From NCBI GenBank assembly GCA_046563655.1, contig CM102286.1:15376001-15440000 (forward strand): a DNA stretch of 64,000 nt, written 5' to 3'. This stretch comes from Yuukianura sp. NJ FZ-2021. Taxonomy: Eukaryota. The notes under the pieces were generated by a model. It saw only the letters and a list, made by a program, of their open reading frames with translations, ran no database searches and was not told the DNA's origin. Made by a program: the position numbers and the translations under genes. Shown in pieces: positions 49,861-64,000 of the stretch (positions are counted from its first letter, which is position 1; the number at the start of each line of letters is the position of its first letter).

Positions 49861-50804
49861 CGTGATTTCATGGTAAAATTGAAGAATGTCCAACTGTTGT
49901 CTTATTCATTCCTGTATTAGGTTAGACTTTTTTGCCTTTCCTTACATGCATTCCAGGTTGGCATTAATATTATACCAATTTTGTTAGAGAAGTTGATTTG
50001 TCGTAACTTAGACTTTGTATATCTATCATAGTAGAACAGCTACCTAATTAATTACAATTGAATCTTTCAAAGTATTACGGCTTCTAACACTAATCAAGTA
50101 TAATTAATTATTACGTTACCGGTAAAATAAGGAAGTTTGGTCCATTTTACAAATTAACAAGGAATATATTTCTAAGCTTTAACATTGTACACTTTTTGCA
50201 TAAACAAGTCTGCAACATCCATCTACCTGGTTAGCCGTTGCAAAGTAGTTGTGGTGAACAGACTTGTCGCAAGTTTGTTGTTCATTAAAATACAAATCCC
50301 CTTTAACACAAATTGCGACGTTTGTACCTCTTCGTTATCCTATTTGTATTTGTTTTAAAAGCAAGTTTACATCTGTAGGTCTAACAATAGTCACTTTATC
50401 CTACTTGGATACACAGTTGCTTTTGAAATTCTCTTTCCGCTGTAGTGGTGATTATGAAATTTTACATTTTTTCAAATTTAATTTAATTGGTAGAGGTAGA
50501 CCTAACCTAACCTAAAGAGTTGAGAGTTCTGAGCCCCTCTACTTTGGAAACATTTAAGGCATGGGTGCATTGTAGTTCTCGCCTTGTGTTCTATTCGTTT
50601 ACTAGGTTACTAGGGCATCTGCAATCACTTTTTACTAGGCCTATCTGTGGCCGACTTAGACTCAAGCCTCCTGTGCATCTCCATTTAAGCATTCAAAGAC
50701 ACCGATGGCAAAACCATCATCTCTCTCAGCGCAAGTCCACGTGGGATGTGTTAGAACTTTTTCAACACTTCGCATTAGGTTTTCCATGCTCAGGTGTTCA
50801 GGTT

Positions 50805-53800
50805 TTTGACTCCAAATGTTATTGCCAACTTGACTCCAAAATGGAATTTCTAATTCAACTCCAAAATGGAATCCCCCAATTTAACTCCCAAATGAAATTC
50901 CCAATTTAACTTCAAAATGGAAATCCCTAATTTAACTCCAAAATGGAATCCATAGTTTAACTCCAAAATGAAATTCAAAATCCGAATCCAAATTGGAATC
51001 CCAATATTAACTCAAAAATGGAAGTCCATAATTTTGATCCAAAATGGAACTCCCAATTCGACTCCAAAATGGAATCCCAAAATTAACTCAAAAATGGAAC
51101 TCCCAATTCGACTCCAAAATGGAATTCCTAATTTAACTCCAAAATGGAGTCCCTAGTTTGACCCCAAAACGGAATTCCCAAATTGACTCCAAAATGGAAC
51201 CCCCAAATTGACTCCAATGTGGAATCCCTAATTTGACTCCAACATGGAATTCCCAATTTGACTCCAATATGGAAGTCCCAATTTGATTCCAAGTCAAAAT
51301 GGTTTCCCATATGGGAATCCCTAACTTGACTCCAAAATGTAATTCACAACTTGACTCCAAAATGGAATCCCTAATTTTACTCCAAAATGGAATTCCCAAA
51401 ATGACTCCAAAATCGAATTCCCAAATTGACTCCAAAATGGAATCCCAAATTGACTCCAAAATGGAATTCCCAAATTGACTCCAAAATGGAATCCCAAATT
51501 TACGCCAAAATGAAATCCCTAATTGACTCCAAAATGGAATCCCAAATTGACTCCAAAATTGAATTCCCAATTCTACTCCAACATTGGATTCCCAAATTGA
51601 CTCCAAAATGGAATTCCCAAATTGACTCCAAAATGGAATCCCAAATTGACTCCAAAATGGAATCCCAAATTGACTCCACAATGGAATTCCCAAATTGACT
51701 CCAAAATGGAATTCCTAAATTGAATCCAAAATCAAATTCCCAAATTGATTCCAATTTGGAATTCCTAATTTAACTCCAACATACGATTCCTAATTCAACT
51801 CCAAAATGGAATCCCTTTAACTCCAAAATGGAACTCCCAATTCGACTCCAAAATGGAATCCCTAATTTTACTCCAAAACGTAACTCCCAATTCGACTCCA
51901 AAATGGAATCCCAAATGTAACTCCAAAATGGAATCCCAAATTTTACCCCAAAATGGAAGTCCTTAATTTTACTCCAAAATGGAACTCCCAATGGGACTTC
52001 AAATGGAATTCCCAAATTGACTCCTAAATGGAATTACCAAAATGACTCCAAAATGGAACTCCCAATGGGACTTCAAATGGAATTCCCAAATTGACTCCTA
52101 AATGGAATTACCAAAATGACTCCAAAATGGAACTCCCAATGGGACTTCAAATGGAATTCCCAAATTGACTCCTAAATGGAATTACCAAAATGACTCCTAA
52201 ATGGAATTACCAAAATGACTCCAAAATGGAATTCCCAAATTGACTCCAAAATGGAATCCCAAATTGACGCCAAAATGAAATCCCAATTTGACTCCAAAAT
52301 GGAATCCCAAATTGACTCCAAAATGGGATTCCCAAATTGACTCCAAAATGGAATTCCCAAATTGACTCCAAAATGGAATCCCAAATTGACTCCAAAATGG
52401 AATCCCAAATTGACTCCACAATGGAATTCCCAAATTGACTCCAAAATGGAATTCCTAAATTGAATCCAAAATGAAATTCCCAAATTGATTCCAATTTGGA
52501 ATTCCTAATTTAACTCCAACATACGATTCCTAATTCAACTCCAAAATGGAACTCCCAATTCGACTCCAAAATGGAACTCCCAATTCGACTCCAAAATGGA
52601 ATCCCTAATTTTACTCCAAAACGTAACTACCAATTCGACTCCAAAATGGAATTCCCAAATTGACTCCAAATTGGAATTCGAAAATTAACTCAAAAATGGA
52701 AGTCCGTAATTTTACTCCAAAATGGAACTCCCAATGGGACTTCAAATGGAATTCCCAAATTAACTCAAAAATGGAACTCCCAATTCGACTCCAAAATGGA
52801 ATTCCCAAATTTTACTCCAAAACGGAACTCCCAATTCGACTCCAAAATGGAATCCCTAATTTGACTCCAAAATGGAGGTCGAAATGGGGCTCCAAAATGG
52901 AATTCCCAAATTTACTCCATAATGGAATTCCTAAATTGACTCCAAAATGGAATTCCTAAATTGACTCCAAAATGGAATTCGAAAAGGGACTCCAAAATGG
53001 AATTCGAAAAGGGACTCCTAAATGGAATTCTCATATTGAATCCAAAATAGGATTCCCAAATTGACTCCATAATGGAATTCCCAAATTGACTCCAAAATGG
53101 AATTTCCAAATTGAATCCAAAATAGGATTTCCAAAATGGAACCCCCAATTCGACTCCAAAATGGAATTCCCAAATTGACTCCAAAATGGAATTCCCAAAT
53201 TGACTCCAAAATGGAATTCCCAAATTGACTGCAAAATGGAACTCCCAATGGGACTTCAAATGGAATTCCCAAATTGACTCCTAAATGGAATTACCAAAAT
53301 GACTCCTAAATGGAATTACCAAAATGACTCCAAAATGGAATTCCCAAATTGACTCCAAAATGGAATCCCAAATTGACGCCAAAATGAAATCCCAATTTGA
53401 CTCCAAAATGGAATCCCAAATTGACTCCAAAATGGGATTCCCAAATTGACTCCAAAATGGAATTCCCAAATTGACTCCAAAATGGAATCCCAAATTGACT
53501 CCAAAATGGAATCCCAAATTGACTCCACAATGGAATTCCCAAATTGACTCCAAAATGGAATTCCTAAATTGAATCCAAAATGAAATTCCCAAATTGATTC
53601 CAATTTGGAATTCCTAATTTAACTCCAACATACGATTCCTAATTCAACTCCAAAATGGAACTCCCAATTCGACTCCAAAATGGAACTCCCAATTCGACTC
53701 CAAAATGGAATCCCTAATTTTACTCCAAAACGTAACTACCAATTCGACTCCAAAATGGAATTCCCAAATTGACTCCAAATTGGAATTCGAAAATTAACTC

Positions 53801-56800
53801 AAAAATGGAAGTCCGTAATTTTACTCCAAAATGGAACTCCCAATGGGACTTCAAATGGAATTCCCAAATTAACTCAAAAATGGAACTCCCAATTCGACTC
53901 CAAAATGGAATTCCCAAATTTTACTCCAAAACGGAACTCCCAATTCGACTCCAAAATGGAATCCCTAATTTGACTCCAAAATGGAGGTCGAAATGGGGCT
54001 CCAAAATGGAATTCCCAAATTTACTCCATAATGGAATTCCTAAATTGACTCCAAAATGGAATTCCTAAATTGACTCCAAAATGGAATTCGAAAAGGGACT
54101 CCAAAATGGAATTCGAAAAGGGACTCCTAAATGGAATTCTCATATTGAATCCAAAATAGGATTCCCAAATTGACTCCATAATGGAATTCCCAAATTGACT
54201 CCAAAATGGAATTTCCAAATTGAATCCAAAATAGGATTTCCAAAATGGAACCCCCAATTCGACTCCAAAATGGAATTCCCAAATTGACTCCAAAATGGAA
54301 TTCCCAAATTGACTCCAAAATGGAATTCCCAAATTGACTCCAAAATGGAATTCCTAAATTGAATCCAAAATGAAATTCCCAAAATGACTCCAAAATGGAA
54401 TCCCAATTTGACGCCAAAATGAAATCCCAATTCTACTCCAAAATGGGATTCCTAATTTAACTCCAAAATGGAATTCTCAAAGTGACTCCAAAATGGAACC
54501 CCAAATTGACTCCAAAATGGAATCCCAAATTGACTCCAAAATGGAATTCCCAAATTGACTCCAAAATGGAATTCTCAAAATGACTCCGAAATGGAATTCC
54601 CAAATTGACTCCAAAATGGAATCCCAAATTGACTCCAAAATGGAATCCCAAATTGACTCCAAAATGGAATCCCAAATTGACTCCAAAATGGAATCCCAAA
54701 TTGACTCCAAAATGGAATTCCCAAATTGACTCCAAAATGGAATTCCCAAATTGACTCCAAAATGGAATTCCTAAACTGAATCCAAAATGAAATTCCCAAA
54801 TTGATTCCAATTTGGAATTCCCAATTTAACTCCAAAATAGGATTCCTAATTCAACTCCAAAATGGAATCTCTTTAACTCCAAAATGGAATCCCTAATTTT
54901 ACTTCAAAATGGAATCCCTAGTTTGACTCCAAAATGGAATTCCCAAATTGATTCCAATTTGGAATTCCCAATTTAACTCCAAAATAGGATTCCTAATTCA
55001 ACTCCAAAATGGAATCCCTTTAACTCCAAAATGGAACTCCCAATTCGACTCCAAAATGGAATCCCTAATTTTACTCCAAAACGTAACTCCCAATTCGACT
55101 CCAAAATGGAATCCCAAATGTAACTCCAAAATGGAATCCCAAATTTTACCCCAAAATGGAAGTCCTTAATTTTACTCCAAAATGGAACTCCCAATGGGAC
55201 TTCAAATGGAATTCCCAAATTGACTCCTAAATGGAATTACCAAAATGACTCCAAAATGGAACTCCCAATGGGACTTCAAATGGAATTCCCAAATTGACTC
55301 CTAAATGGAATTACCAAAATGACTCCAAAATGGAACTCCCAATGGGACTTCAAATGGAATTCCCAAATTGACTCCTAAATGGAATTACCAAAATGACTCC
55401 TAAATGGAATTACCAAAATGACTCCAAAATGGAATTCCCAAATTGACTCCAAAATGGAATCCCAAATTGACGCCAAAATGAAATCCCAATTTGACTCCAA
55501 AATGGAATCCCAAATTGACTCCAAAATGGGATTCCCAAATTGACTCCAAAATGGAATTCCCAAATTGACTCCAAAATGGAATCCCAAATTGACTCCAAAA
55601 TGGAATCCCAAATTGACTCCACAATGGAATTCCCAAATTGACTCCAAAATGGAATTCCTAAATTGAATCCAAAATGAAATTCCCAAATTGATTCCAATTT
55701 GGAATTCCTAATTTAACTCCAACATACGATTCCTAATTCAACTCCAAAATGGAACTCCCAATTCGACTCCAAAATGGAACTCCCAATTCGACTCCAAAAT
55801 GGAATCCCTAATTTTACTCCAAAACGTAACTACCAATTCGACTCCAAAATGGAATTCCCAAATTGACTCCAAATTGGAATTCGAAAATTAACTCAAAAAT
55901 GGAAGTCCGTAATTTTACTCCAAAATGGAACTCCCAATGGGACTTCAAATGGAATTCCCAAATTAACTCAAAAATGGAACTCCCAATTCGACTCCAAAAT
56001 GGAATTCCCAAATTTTACTCCAAAACGGAACTCCCAATTCGACTCCAAAATGGAATCCCTAATTTGACTCCAAAATGGAGGTCGAAATGGGGCTCCAAAA
56101 TGGAATTCCCAAATTTACTCCATAATGGAATTCCTAAATTGACTCCAAAATGGAATTCCTAAATTGACTCCAAAATGGAATTCGAAAAGGGACTCCAAAA
56201 TGGAATTCGAAAAGGGACTCCTAAATGGAATTCTCATATTGAATCCAAAATAGGATTCCCAAATTGACTCCATAATGGAATTCCCAAATTGACTCCAAAA
56301 TGGAATTTCCAAATTGAATCCAAAATAGGATTTCCAAAATGGAACCCCCAATTCGACTCCAAAATGGAATTCCCAAATTGACTCCAAAATGGAATTCCCA
56401 AATTGACTCCAAAATGGAATTCCCAAATTGACTGCAAAATGGAACTCCCAATGGGACTTCAAATGGAATTCCCAAATTGACTCCTAAATGGAATTACCAA
56501 AATGACTCCTAAATGGAATTACCAAAATGACTCCAAAATGGAATTCCCAAATTGACTCCAAAATGGAATCCCAAATTGACGCCAAAATGAAATCCCAATT
56601 TGACTCCAAAATGGAATCCCAAATTGACTCCAAAATGGGATTCCCAAATTGACTCCAAAATGGAATTCCCAAATTGACTCCAAAATGGAATCCCAAATTG
56701 ACTCCAAAATGGAATCCCAAATTGACTCCACAATGGAATTCCCAAATTGACTCCAAAATGGAATTCCTAAATTGAATCCAAAATGAAATTCCCAAATTGA

Positions 56801-59800
56801 TTCCAATTTGGAATTCCTAATTTAACTCCAACATACGATTCCTAATTCAACTCCAAAATGGAACTCCCAATTCGACTCCAAAATGGAACTCCCAATTCGA
56901 CTCCAAAATGGAATCCCTAATTTTACTCCAAAACGTAACTACCAATTCGACTCCAAAATGGAATTCCCAAATTGACTCCAAATTGGAATTCGAAAATTAA
57001 CTCAAAAATGGAAGTCCGTAATTTTACTCCAAAATGGAACTCCCAATGGGACTTCAAATGGAATTCCCAAATTAACTCAAAAATGGAACTCCCAATTCGA
57101 CTCCAAAATGGAATTCCCAAATTTTACTCCAAAACGGAACTCCCAATTCGACTCCAAAATGGAATCCCTAATTTGACTCCAAAATGGAGGTCGAAATGGG
57201 GCTCCAAAATGGAATTCCCAAATTTACTCCATAATGGAATTCCTAAATTGACTCCAAAATGGAATTCCTAAATTGACTCCAAAATGGAATTCGAAAAGGG
57301 ACTCCAAAATGGAATTCGAAAAGGGACTCCTAAATGGAATTCTCATATTGAATCCAAAATAGGATTCCCAAATTGACTCCATAATGGAATTCCCAAATTG
57401 ACTCCAAAATGGAATTTCCAAATTGAATCCAAAATAGGATTTCCAAAATGGAACCCCCAATTCGACTCCAAAATGGAATTCCCAAATTGACTCCAAAATG
57501 GAATTCCCAAATTGACTCCAAAATGGAATTCCCAAATTGACTCCAAAATGGAATTCCTAAATTGAATCCAAAATGAAATTCCCAAAATGACTCCAAAATG
57601 GAATCCCAATTTGACGCCAAAATGAAATCCCAATTCTACTCCAAAATGGGATTCCTAATTTAACTCCAAAATGGAATTCTCAAAGTGACTCCAAAATGGA
57701 ACCCCAAATTGACTCCAAAATGGAATCCCAAATTGACTCCAAAATGGAATTCCCAAATTGACTCCAAAATGGAATTCTCAAAATGACTCCGAAATGGAAT
57801 TCCCAAATTGACTCCAAAATGGAATCCCAAATTGACTCCAAAATGGAATCCCAAATTGACTCCAAAATGGAATCCCAAATTGACTCCAAAATGGAATCCC
57901 AAATTGACTCCAAAATGGAATTCCCAAATTGACTCCAAAATGGAATTCCCAAATTGACTCCAAAATGGAATTCCTAAACTGAATCCAAAATGAAATTCCC
58001 AAATTGATTCCAATTTGGAATTCCCAATTTAACTCCAAAATAGGATTCCTAATTCAACTCCAAAATGGAATCTCTTTAACTCCAAAATGGAATCCCTAAT
58101 TTTACTTCAAAATGGAATCCCTAGTTTGACTCCAAAATGGAATTCCCAAATTGATTCCAATTTGGAATTCCCAATTTAACTCCAAAATAGGATTCCTAAT
58201 TCAACTCCAAAATGGAATCCCTTTAACTCCAAAATGGAACTCCCAATTCGACTCCAAAATGGAATCCCTAATTTTACTCCAAAACGTAACTACCAATTCG
58301 ACTACAAAATGGAATTCCCAAATTGACTCCAAATTGGAATTCGAAAATTAACTCAAAAATGGAAGTCCGTAATTTTACTCCAAAATGGAACTCCCAATGG
58401 GACTTCAAATGGAATTCCCAAATTAACTCAAAAATGGAACTCCCAATTCGACTCCAAAATGGAATTCCCAAATTTTACTCCAAAACGGAACTCCCAATTC
58501 GACTCCAAAATGGAATCCCTAATTTGACTCCAAAATGGAGGTCGAAAAGGGACTCCAAAATGGAATTCGAAAAGGGACTCCTAAATGGAATTCTCATATT
58601 GAATCCAAAATAGGATTCCCAAATTGACTCCAAAATGGAATTCCCAAATTTACTCCATAATGGAATTCCTAAATTGACTCCAAAATGGAATTCCTAAATT
58701 GACTCCAAAATGGAATTCGAAAAGGGACTCCAAAATGGAATTCGAAAAGGGACTCCTAAATGGAATTCTCATATTGAATCCAAAATAGGATTCCCAAATT
58801 GACTCCATAATGGAATTCCCAAATTGACTCCAAAATGGAATTTCCAAATTGACTCCAAAATGGAATTCCAAAATTGACTCCATAATGGAATTCCCAGATT
58901 GACTCCAATATGGAACTCCCAAATTCGACTCCAAAATGGGATTCCCAAATTGACTCCATAATGGAATTCCTAAATTGACTCCAAAATGGAATCCCAAATT
59001 GACTCCAAAATGGAATCCCAAATTGACTCCAAAATGGAATCCCAAATTGACTCCAAAATGGAATCCCAAATTGACTCCAAAATGGAATTCCCAAATTGAC
59101 TCCAAAATGGAATTCCCAAATTGACTCCAAAATGGAATTCCTAAACTGAATCCAAAATGAAATTCCCAAATTGATTCCAATTTGGAATTCCCAATTTAAC
59201 TCCAAAATAGGATTCCTAATTCAACTCCAAAATGGAATCTCTTTAACTCCAAAATGGAATCCCTAATTTTACTTCAAAATGGAATCCCTAGTTTGACTCC
59301 AAAATGGAATTCCCAAATTGACTCCATAATGGAACTCCCAAATTCGACTCCAAAATGGGATTCCCAAATTGACTCCAAAATGGAATTCCCAAATTGACTC
59401 CAAAATGGAATCCCAAATTGACTCCAAAATGGAATCCCATATTGACTCCACAATGGAATTCCCAAATTGACTCCAAAATGGAATTCCTAAATTGAATCCA
59501 AAATGAAATTCCCAAATTGATTCCAATTTGGAATTCCTAATTTAACTCCAACATACGATTCCTAATTCAACTCCAAAATGGAATCCCTTTAACTCCAAAA
59601 TGGAACTCCCAATTCGACTCCAAAATGGAATCCCTAATTTTACTCCAAAACGTAACTACCAATTCGACTACAAAATGGAATTCCCAAATTGACTCCAAAT
59701 TGGAATTCAAAAATTAACTCAAAAATGGAAGTCCGTAATTTTACTCCAAAATGGAACTCCCAATGGGACTTCAAATGGAATTCCCAAATTAACTCAAAAA

Positions 59801-60795
59801 TGGAACTCCCAATTCGACTCCAAAATGGAATTCCCAAATTGACTCCAAAATGGAATTCCCAAAGTGACTCCAAAATGGAACCCCCATTTCGACTCCAAAA
59901 TGGAATTCCCAAATTGACTCCAAAATGGAACCCCCAAATTGACTCCAAAATGGAATCCCAAATTGACTTAAAAGTGGAATTCCCAAATTGACTCCAAAAT
60001 GGAATTCTCAAAATGACTCCAAAATGGAAGTCCCAATTTGACTCCAATATGGAATCCCAAATTGACTCCAAAATGGAATCCCAAATTGACTTAAAAGTGG
60101 AATTCCCAAATTGACTCCAAAATGGAATTCTCAAAATGACTCCAAAATGGAATTCCCAAATTGATTCCAAAACGGAATTCCCAAATTGACTCCAAAATGG
60201 AATTCCCAAATTGACTCCAAAATGGAATTCCTAAACTGAATCCAAAATGAAATTCCCAAATTGATTCCAAAATGGAATTCCCAGATTGACTCCAATATGG
60301 AACTCCCAAATTCGACTCCAAAATGGGATTCCCAAATTGACTCCATAATGGAATTCCTAAATTGACTCCAAAATGGAATCCCTAATTTGACTCCAAAATG
60401 GAGGTCGAAATGGGGCTCCAAAATGGAATTCCCAAATTTACTCCATAATGGAATTCCTAAATTGACTCCAAAATGGAATTCCCAAATTGATTCCAAAATG
60501 GAATCCCAAATGTAACTCCAAAATGGAATCCCAAATTTTACTCCAAAACGGAACTCCCAATTCGACTCCAAAATGGAATCCCAAATGTTACTCCAAAATG
60601 GAATCCCAAATTTTACTCCAAAATGGAAGTCCCAATTCGACTCCAAAATGGAATTCCCAAAAAATGCCAATCGCAGTTGACTACAAAATGGAGGTACCTA
60701 TTTTTCACCAAAATGGAATCCCTACTTTTATTCCAAAATTTGATACCTACTTTAACTCCAAAATAGATTTCCCAATTTAACTCCAAAATGCTACT
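50805..60795. repeat. 25/24-bp satellite, array 2 with nested 1109-bp and 3203-bp higher-order repeats
   Basis: Identical ORF artefacts at 52172/53281 (1109) and 52172/55375, 53281/56484 (3203). Confidence 0.97.
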
Positions 60796-61424
60796 CCCAA
60801 CTAGAATTCAGCTGGCGCGAGGGATTTTAGAAGCTAGTAGATTTTGGCATTAAGTTGTACAAATGCGCTGACTCGTTTATACAATTAGCAGGATCATATT
60901 TGACGCCGTGGCGAGAGGACGTGCCTGGAGAGAGCTCGCTGATAATTTTGTTCTGGATCCATTTATTGCTTTCGCCCAAATCTTGCAATGGAAGTTACTT
61001 TTGACATTGGCACCGAAGTCGTACTTTTACAGGGTGCTACAAAAACTAGTGGAATTATTGAAGGGTTGCATATTTTTGGTGAGTGAGTATATGCTACATT
61101 TCTTGTTGATTGTTTGTTCGAGTTTACATAACATTAAAATTTTTTTTGAGACAAGGTGGAGATACGTTTTACGTTGTAAGATTACATGGGAAACCATATG
61201 TTGTATTAAGGCAAGCATTTGAATTGCAACAAAATCGCACCACGAAACAGCCATGCTCACCGAATTTGGACCCTGTTGGAGTTTTGAAACACGTGCCTCC
61301 CTCCATTCCAGCACATGCGGCAATGGTATGCAAGCAATTTGTTATTTCAAGCCAATTTAGTTTCTCAGTAGAAATACGTTCAAAATACAAGAATTGAGAG
61401 TTTAATTGAATTGTTATGTGCTAG

Positions 61425-63022
61425 GGTTCGAATTTTACTGTAGAACACGACATAGGTTTGAGAAATGCAGAAGACTCATCGCCGTCCACAGTTGCGTCAA
61501 CTAAAACATCGGGACAAAACCAGAAAGCTGGCTCACTTGGATCGGCTGCAGCCGGGCCATTACCTACAAGCTGGGCACCAGTTACCACAATTGCGGGGAC
61601 GCTAACAACAGATACCACCTCTTCCACTAGCAGAGAATTGAGAAAGAGAAAAAGTCAAGATGACGCCCAAACGCAAAAACAGCGGCACGAACTTTCAACT
61701 CCAAGGCGCCAAAAAAAAGGTACTGTAAATTTTAAATACCCCAGACTTAAAAAATCTTATGAGTGTTATGTGCAAGTACAACATATTACTTTTAAATCAA
61801 AAAAGGTGCACGAAGAAAGAAAAATGTTGCGGGGTGTGATTACTCTGGCCAACCTAATCCTATACCTGACACTGCAAATTGTTCGAGGAAACGTCCAAGG
61901 AAAATAGCCCAAACGGCACATGCCACAAAGGCTCCACGAACAAGCATAAACACAATCAGCCCAGATATAGTTGACGCGCCGTACATTGCATGTCAAGTTG
62001 CGGCTAGCGTTGCCTCCTCCAATCAGCTATCCAACGAAATTGTCATAACTTCTGCAACTGCAGCACCATCAAACCAAATTTCTTCTTCGTCATCTGGAGC
62101 ACACGTGTCGAACCAGGGTACTACTTCATCAACACGATCTCCGTCAAACCAAATTGCTTCTTTGTCATCTGGAGCACCCGTGTTGAACCAGGTTTCTTCT
62201 CAAGCAACACTGACACCATCACACAAGAATGCTAGTTCAACAACAGAAACATCCGTCGAAAATTGGCAACACTCATTTGCTTACGAAGTCACATTGGTTG
62301 ATGCAATACCGGGTCCTCCGGAAAAAGGCAAACGTCCAGTGAGAAAAAGCCCAAATCAACAACCTGTCAATCCTGGTGATGTAGCATTCGAAACTGAATT
62401 CAAAAATGTGCCGGCAACAAAGTACAATGCCCTTGTTTCTCAATTCAACACAATTAATGCGCAATTTCAAACAATCCAACTGCAGTACAATGACCTCGAG
62501 GCAAAGTACAACAATTTAGAAGCAAGCGTTGATGAATTGAAGGCAGAGAATGCGCAACTCAAAGAGGAAAACAAAAAACTGTTTGATGAAAACAAAAGAC
62601 TGAGTGAAGAAAACAAAAAACTGTTTGAAGAAAACAAAAGACTGAGTGAAGACAACAGAAAACTGTTTGAAGAAAACAAAAGACTGAGTGAAGACAACAG
62701 AAAACTCAGTGAAGCAAACAAAAGACTGAGTGAGGAAAATGAACAACTTAGAGAGGAGAATAGAAAACTTCATCAACGGTTGGACGTCCTCGAAGGAGTT
62801 GAGGAACGTTACGCCAATCTACAGCTGTATTGCAATAGACTCGAGGACCGCCTAAAAATCCTCGAAGGAGTCGAGGAACGTTACGCTAAGCTGCAGCTGC
62901 ATTGCAATAGACTCGAGGAGCGGCTCAAAACCCTTGAAGGAGTGGAGGAGCGTTACGCTAATCTCCAGCAGGATTACTCTAAACTTGCCGACCGGCTCGA
63001 AGCACTTGAGAATCGAAATTAA
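61425..63022 (+). CDS. Coiled-coil protein with 14-aa and 21-aa internal repeats (further 5' exons likely)
   Basis: Exon 61425-61719, intron, then exon 61806-63022 open in the frame of ORF 62105-63022. EENKRLSEENKKLF-type repeats and 3 x LEGVEERYA.LQ..C.RLE.RLK. Confidence 0.7.
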
Positions 63023-64000
63023 TTACATTTATTTCATCTAGTTTATCACCATTTTGTTTAATGTTTTTGAGCTAACGAATTCTTCAGCTTCTTTTAGCAT
63101 TTTGTTGAGTATATACGGATTAGATGTTCTCTAGTAATAGGTTAAGCTTAGTTGAATTATTTGTAAACAAACTAGGGTGCTTTCCAGATTTCTTAAAATA
63201 CATTTTTTTAGTTTAACTGGGATGACTTGTTCAAGTTGAAACAATGACTAAGAGTAGGCACAATCTTAGGTTAGGGTTAGGTTTCTGATGCTGTTAACAT
63301 TTTCGTCTATTCACTACAAATTTTATTATAATAAATTCTACAACACAAACTTTTTGCTATCATTAATTTTTTGGCATTTAAGCAGTTTATACTGACATTT
63401 GGATGTTGACAATGAATTTCCTTAGCTTTGTTTGTTTATTCTATGGTGGGATGGGCATACTTGATTTTGCCTAGTTCTTTTTAATAATTATTTCATCACA
63501 ATTTTGCACATAATAAGTATACATGGATCCTTGTATGCAGCAAATAGATTAGTAGTAGACGCCGAGACGAGAGGACGTGTTTTGTAAAGTGGCTCTCAAT
63601 TTCTTTTTCAAGCAATATCCTGTCACGCGTTGATTTTCCTCAAATTTTGTCAATTGAAATGGAAGGAAAATTTGCAGTGAATTCAATAGTTAAACTTAAA
63701 CCATTTCCACCAGGCATCAGTGGAATTGTTGAGAAGATAATTAATGTCGGTGAGCACTTTTTGGTTTCTTATTTACTTGACATGGCATTCCTTTGCAATT
63801 GTATATTTTCCACTAGGTGGACTTGTAGCATATGGCGTCAGATTTCCGGGCCAAAAAGAACTTTCATTCTTGATGGCACATGAGCTGCGAGTAAAGCCAA
63901 AAGTGCAGCAGACGGAGAACCCATGTGATGTTTCGGCCCATACCGTTCCTACAGTTTCGCCGGCAGCGACTAAGGTTATACACCAAACATTTTTTCGTAA

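Noticed and set aside
42296..60780. Dozens of ORFs with ESIWEFHFGVNLGIPFWSQFGNSIL repeats
   Set aside because: They are translations of the 25-bp satellite, occur in all frames, and show no gene structure.
42355..60795. CRISPR-like appearance of short regular repeats
   Set aside because: No unique spacers between repeats, no cas genes, and a eukaryotic intron-containing context.

Overview
Eukaryotic, AT-rich, intron-dense (mostly ~55-90 bp GT-AG introns) invertebrate DNA. It is probably arthropod: scattered TTAGG/CCTAA runs, tiny introns and expanded F-box genes suggest a springtail-like genome (inference). It looks like a heterochromatic or duplication-rich region with three layers. (1) Lineage-specific multi-exon genes: two paralogous F-box genes, a putative cysteine-protease-fold/chromodomain gene, a micro-exon gene containing 11 tandem copies of a 124-bp exon+intron unit, and a coiled-coil gene. 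(2) A ~23 kb mosaic (16.9-39.7 kb) of duplicated, mostly broken conserved genes: HYOU1, TCTP, an RRM gene, CTDNEP1/Dullard x3 (plus a short extra piece), METTL15 and a frameshifted Sce/RING1. These are stitched together, at least once inside an intron, around apparently intact maelstrom and LCLAT1 genes. (3) At least five tandem-repeat families (114, 89/90, 148/172, 25/24 bp with higher-order repeats, and a GTGACAG minisatellite) and several non-autonomous DNA transposons (AAT-TSD MITEs, a nested Transib-like MITE, a Sola-like element, a Helentron/HINE-like element). Most ORFs in the supplied track over 42-61 kb are artefacts of the satellite. Exon boundaries were read by eye and are approximate.
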